Below, in pieces: positions 48,167 through 48,283 of a stretch of DNA of 48,283 nucleotides; within the stretch, counting starts at the first letter, position 1, and every line of letters begins with the position of its first letter. A model generated the notes under the pieces. The model saw only the letters and a list, made by a program, of their open reading frames with translations, searched no databases and was not told where the DNA came from. The position numbers were made by a program, and so were the translations under genes. Source of the DNA: a bacterium (GTDB lineage: Bacteria > CG2-30-53-67); contig JAJRUP010000013.1 of NCBI GenBank assembly GCA_024277725.1, positions 1 to 48,283 of the forward strand, given 5' to 3'.

Positions 48167-48283
48167 TGGTCCTGTTCATTGATACAGTAATACACCGAGA
48201 GAACCTGCTGATGTGGGAGGATCTCCTCTCTGTGTATATGATGCACAGGCTCTTTGAGAATACGCGTAGGTAAGGATCATTCC

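Overview
Bacterial chromosomal segment, moderately GC-rich, with gene order and repeat families typical of Deltaproteobacteria/Desulfobacterota-like lineages (an inference; no taxonomic search was run). About three quarters is core housekeeping: phoH-pgpH-ybeY-ftsY, smc, degP/Q, ihf/HU, trxA, murJ, tsaD-dusB-ntrB-ntrC, tRNA-Val(GAC)-thrS-infC-rpmI-rplT-pheS-pheT-mtnA. The first ~12 kb is accessory. It holds a sigma54-type promoter upstream of a pentaheme cytochrome c, a small membrane protein, a stand-alone cNMP-binding protein, a DsrE2-type sulfur carrier and a DUF4242 protein. These converge on a translationally coupled operon of YbdK ligase, M20 amidohydrolase and cytoplasmic gamma-glutamyltransferase. 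That operon is divergent from a full-length SerA homologue that has lost its catalytic His and Arg, the strongest candidate here for an undescribed system. An acyltransferase-esterase fusion follows. The right end encodes a sensor-less HisKA protein with a degenerate ATPase domain (ChpT-like) coupled to a REC-PAS-LuxR regulator. Intergenic regions carry several families of small non-autonomous repeats, including two near-identical copies of an IS200/IS605-end-like element. No CRISPR array, rRNA, transposase or prophage gene was seen. All calls come from motif recognition by eye.
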